Source of the DNA: Thraustochytrium aureum
Lineage: Eukaryota
Reading direction: 5' to 3'
DNA length: 35,701 bases
Assembly (NCBI GenBank): GCA_012862495.1
Contig: BLSG01000088.1
Span: 79,658-115,358, forward strand
Positions 34,139-35,701 of the stretch are shown here, one piece after another; the first letter of the stretch is position 1, and each line of letters begins with the position of its first letter. The notes under the pieces are model-generated. The model searched no databases, was not told the origin of the DNA, and saw nothing but the letters and a program-made list of their open reading frames with translations. The position numbers were made by a program, and so were the translations under genes.

Positions 34139-35071
34139 TTACATGATGGAGCAGGTTTTCGGGAGGCACCGCGGCTGCGGCGCGCCTTTCGCTGAGATCT
34201 CGGCGCCCTCCTTGGCCGCAGAGCAGGTCGCAGCTGGTTTGGATGGCGACATGTGCGGCAGGTCTGTCGAGCGGTCCTGGTCCGCAATGCTCAAGTCATC
34301 AAACTTGTTGTACGCGGCGTAGGCCGCATGCGGGTCGGATTTGACTTTGGCTGGCGCTGTGCAGCGCTCGGCGAGCCATCTCTTGGTGCGGCCTCGCGGG
34401 CAGACTCTTTCCGGATCTTGTCGACTGCTGGGTCGCACTCGATGTCCTTGGAAAAGTGCGCTGTCGCGCAAGACTTGCCCCGAAACGCTGCCATGAGTTG
34501 TGTGAAAATGGGCGACATCTCGCAAGCGTCGCCGTTGGCGGGGTCGGCCGCGTCGAAGAGAAAGGCGTGGATGCCGTCGTAGCGCGCTTGCATGACGTTG
34601 AGCTTGACGTCGTCGACGAGCACGACCTGCTCCGGGGCCACCTCCACGCTGGACTGCATGTAAATCTTGGTAACTACCGACAAGATGTGGTCGAGCTTGC
34701 CGCGGCGCGAGCAGCCGTACCAGCACCTCGGCGCGCTCTCGATGGGCGTTGGCGACCAGGAACCGTCGTGGCACCGAATCAGGATTTGGCGCGCCAGCGT
34801 CGGGCCGAAGGCCTCCCGCATGGTCTGTTGGATCAGTTTTCGCTGCGAGCTGAACGAGCAGATGCATAGCACGATGCCCTTGCGCAGCACCGCGGGGACG
34901 AGCTGCAAGAACAGCGGCCGCACGTGCCTCGCCAGCAGCGCGGGCCCTCTCCCACTTGCTGTGCGTATGAATATCGAGCATGGTCTGGTCAAAGTCAATC
35001 GCCATGAGCTTGACTCCATTGCGCTGCAGCGCCGCCGCCAGCAGGCTGCTGTGCAAATGAAAGTCGCTCAT
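34139..35071 (-). CDS. HAD-superfamily phosphatase-like protein; frameshift at ~34950 and a probable compensating one at ~34355, giving a C-terminal CSIM (CaaX)
   Basis: ATG at 35071. Motif I LMAIDFDQTMLDIHT in one frame; the next frame gives HVRPLF, LCICSFS (motif II), GKLDHI (motif III) and VVLVDDVKLNV (motif IV). That frame stops at 34291, while the first frame resumes and ends ...KTCSIM* at 34139. Confidence 0.75.
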   Translation of the reverse strand: MSDFHLHSSLLAAALQRNGVKLMAIDFDQTMLDIHTHSKWERARAAGEARAAAVLAARPRGAAQGHRAMHLLVQLAAKTDPTDHAGGLRPDAGAPNPDSVPRRFLVANAHRERAEVLVRLLAPRQARPHLVGSYQDLHAVQRGGGPGAGRARRRRQAQRHASALRRHPRLSLRRGRPRQRRRLRDVAHFHTTHGSVSGQVLRDSALFQGHRVRPSSRQDPERVCPRGRTKRWLAERCTAPAKVKSDPHAAYAAYNKFDDLSIADQDRSTDLPHMSPSKPAATCSAAKEGAEISAKGAPQPRCLPKTCSIM

Positions 35072-35701
35072 CCCGCAGCCGCCGCCGCGCGGCGTCCAGC
35101 CCGGCCGTCCGCCAGCCAGGGCAGGTGTGAACGAAAAGAAAAACACGAAGGGAAAACGGCGCGCGCGTTGGCGGCTTCTCGCGCAGCGCGCAACCAGCCG
35201 ACCCGGCAGCCGACCAGCGGCCGTCGCGAGCAACTACCGATCGCTGGGCCTGCGTGGCGAGTTGACGATGCGCACGCGATGGCGTTCGAGCTCTGCTGGG
35301 CGAGCGAACGCTCCTCGCGCGAAATGCTCCGCCTCCATCGCGGTGTTCTCGTGCCGCATTCAATCAGTGGTACGACTCCTTCCACCTTTCCTCACAAGCA
35401 CAGCACGTACCAACCGAAAAAAAAAAAAAGAAAAACCTATAAAACAACTAAAAACCTATCGGAAGAACAATGCGAAGCAAACGCCACAGCAGAGCAGAAC
35501 AGCGCGCTCTCAAGGAGGAGGAAGGAGTGGCAAGCAAGAAAGCGGGAGCAAGCGAAAGCAAGCACGCTATTCGCTCTGAGGCGTAGCCGCAAACTATCTG
35601 CAGGGTGTAAAAGGCGCGTTGAGCCTCGGGTAAACAGCGCGGCAGCTCGACGCCGGGGAAACAACCACAATATTAAAACGCATATATTCATCCCTTCGGC
35701 A

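Noticed and set aside
3260..34960. Programmed ribosomal frameshifting as the explanation for the broken ORFs
   Set aside because: There is no shared slippery or stop-adjacent motif, shifts occur in both directions, and they associate with homopolymers, so sequencing error is more parsimonious.
1..35701. The whole window as one functional gene cluster (many membrane/lipid genes)
   Set aside because: Functions are heterogeneous and orientations mixed; without synteny or co-expression data, adjacency in a compact eukaryotic genome is not evidence of a cluster.

Overview
GC-rich, gene-dense, nearly intron-free microbial eukaryote DNA with six assembly gaps; a stramenopile/labyrinthulomycete-like origin is a weak inference from gene style. 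About 11 protein-coding genes can be read: (1) a 5'-truncated NACHT/STAND + WD40 NLR-like protein; (2) a YeeE/YedE sulfur transporter; (3) an EGF + multi-TM + CRAL-TRIO-like protein; (4) a TM + heptad-repeat + PX protein; (5) a Dispatched/Patched-type RND transporter carrying a ShK-like domain and fused to a complete copper type II ascorbate-dependent monooxygenase (the most striking item); (6) a P4-ATPase flippase; (7) an O-fucosyltransferase-family enzyme; (8) a mucin-stalk/Cys-rich/TM/SH3 receptor-like protein; (9) a PurK-PurE-PurC triple fusion; (10) a VIT1/CCC1 iron transporter; (11) a HAD-like phosphatase with a probable CaaX end. About ten apparent single-base frameshifts, mostly in short homopolymers, break these genes and are most simply explained as sequencing errors. 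No RNA genes, CRISPR arrays or mobile elements were recognised. All family calls come from motif recognition by eye, not database searches.
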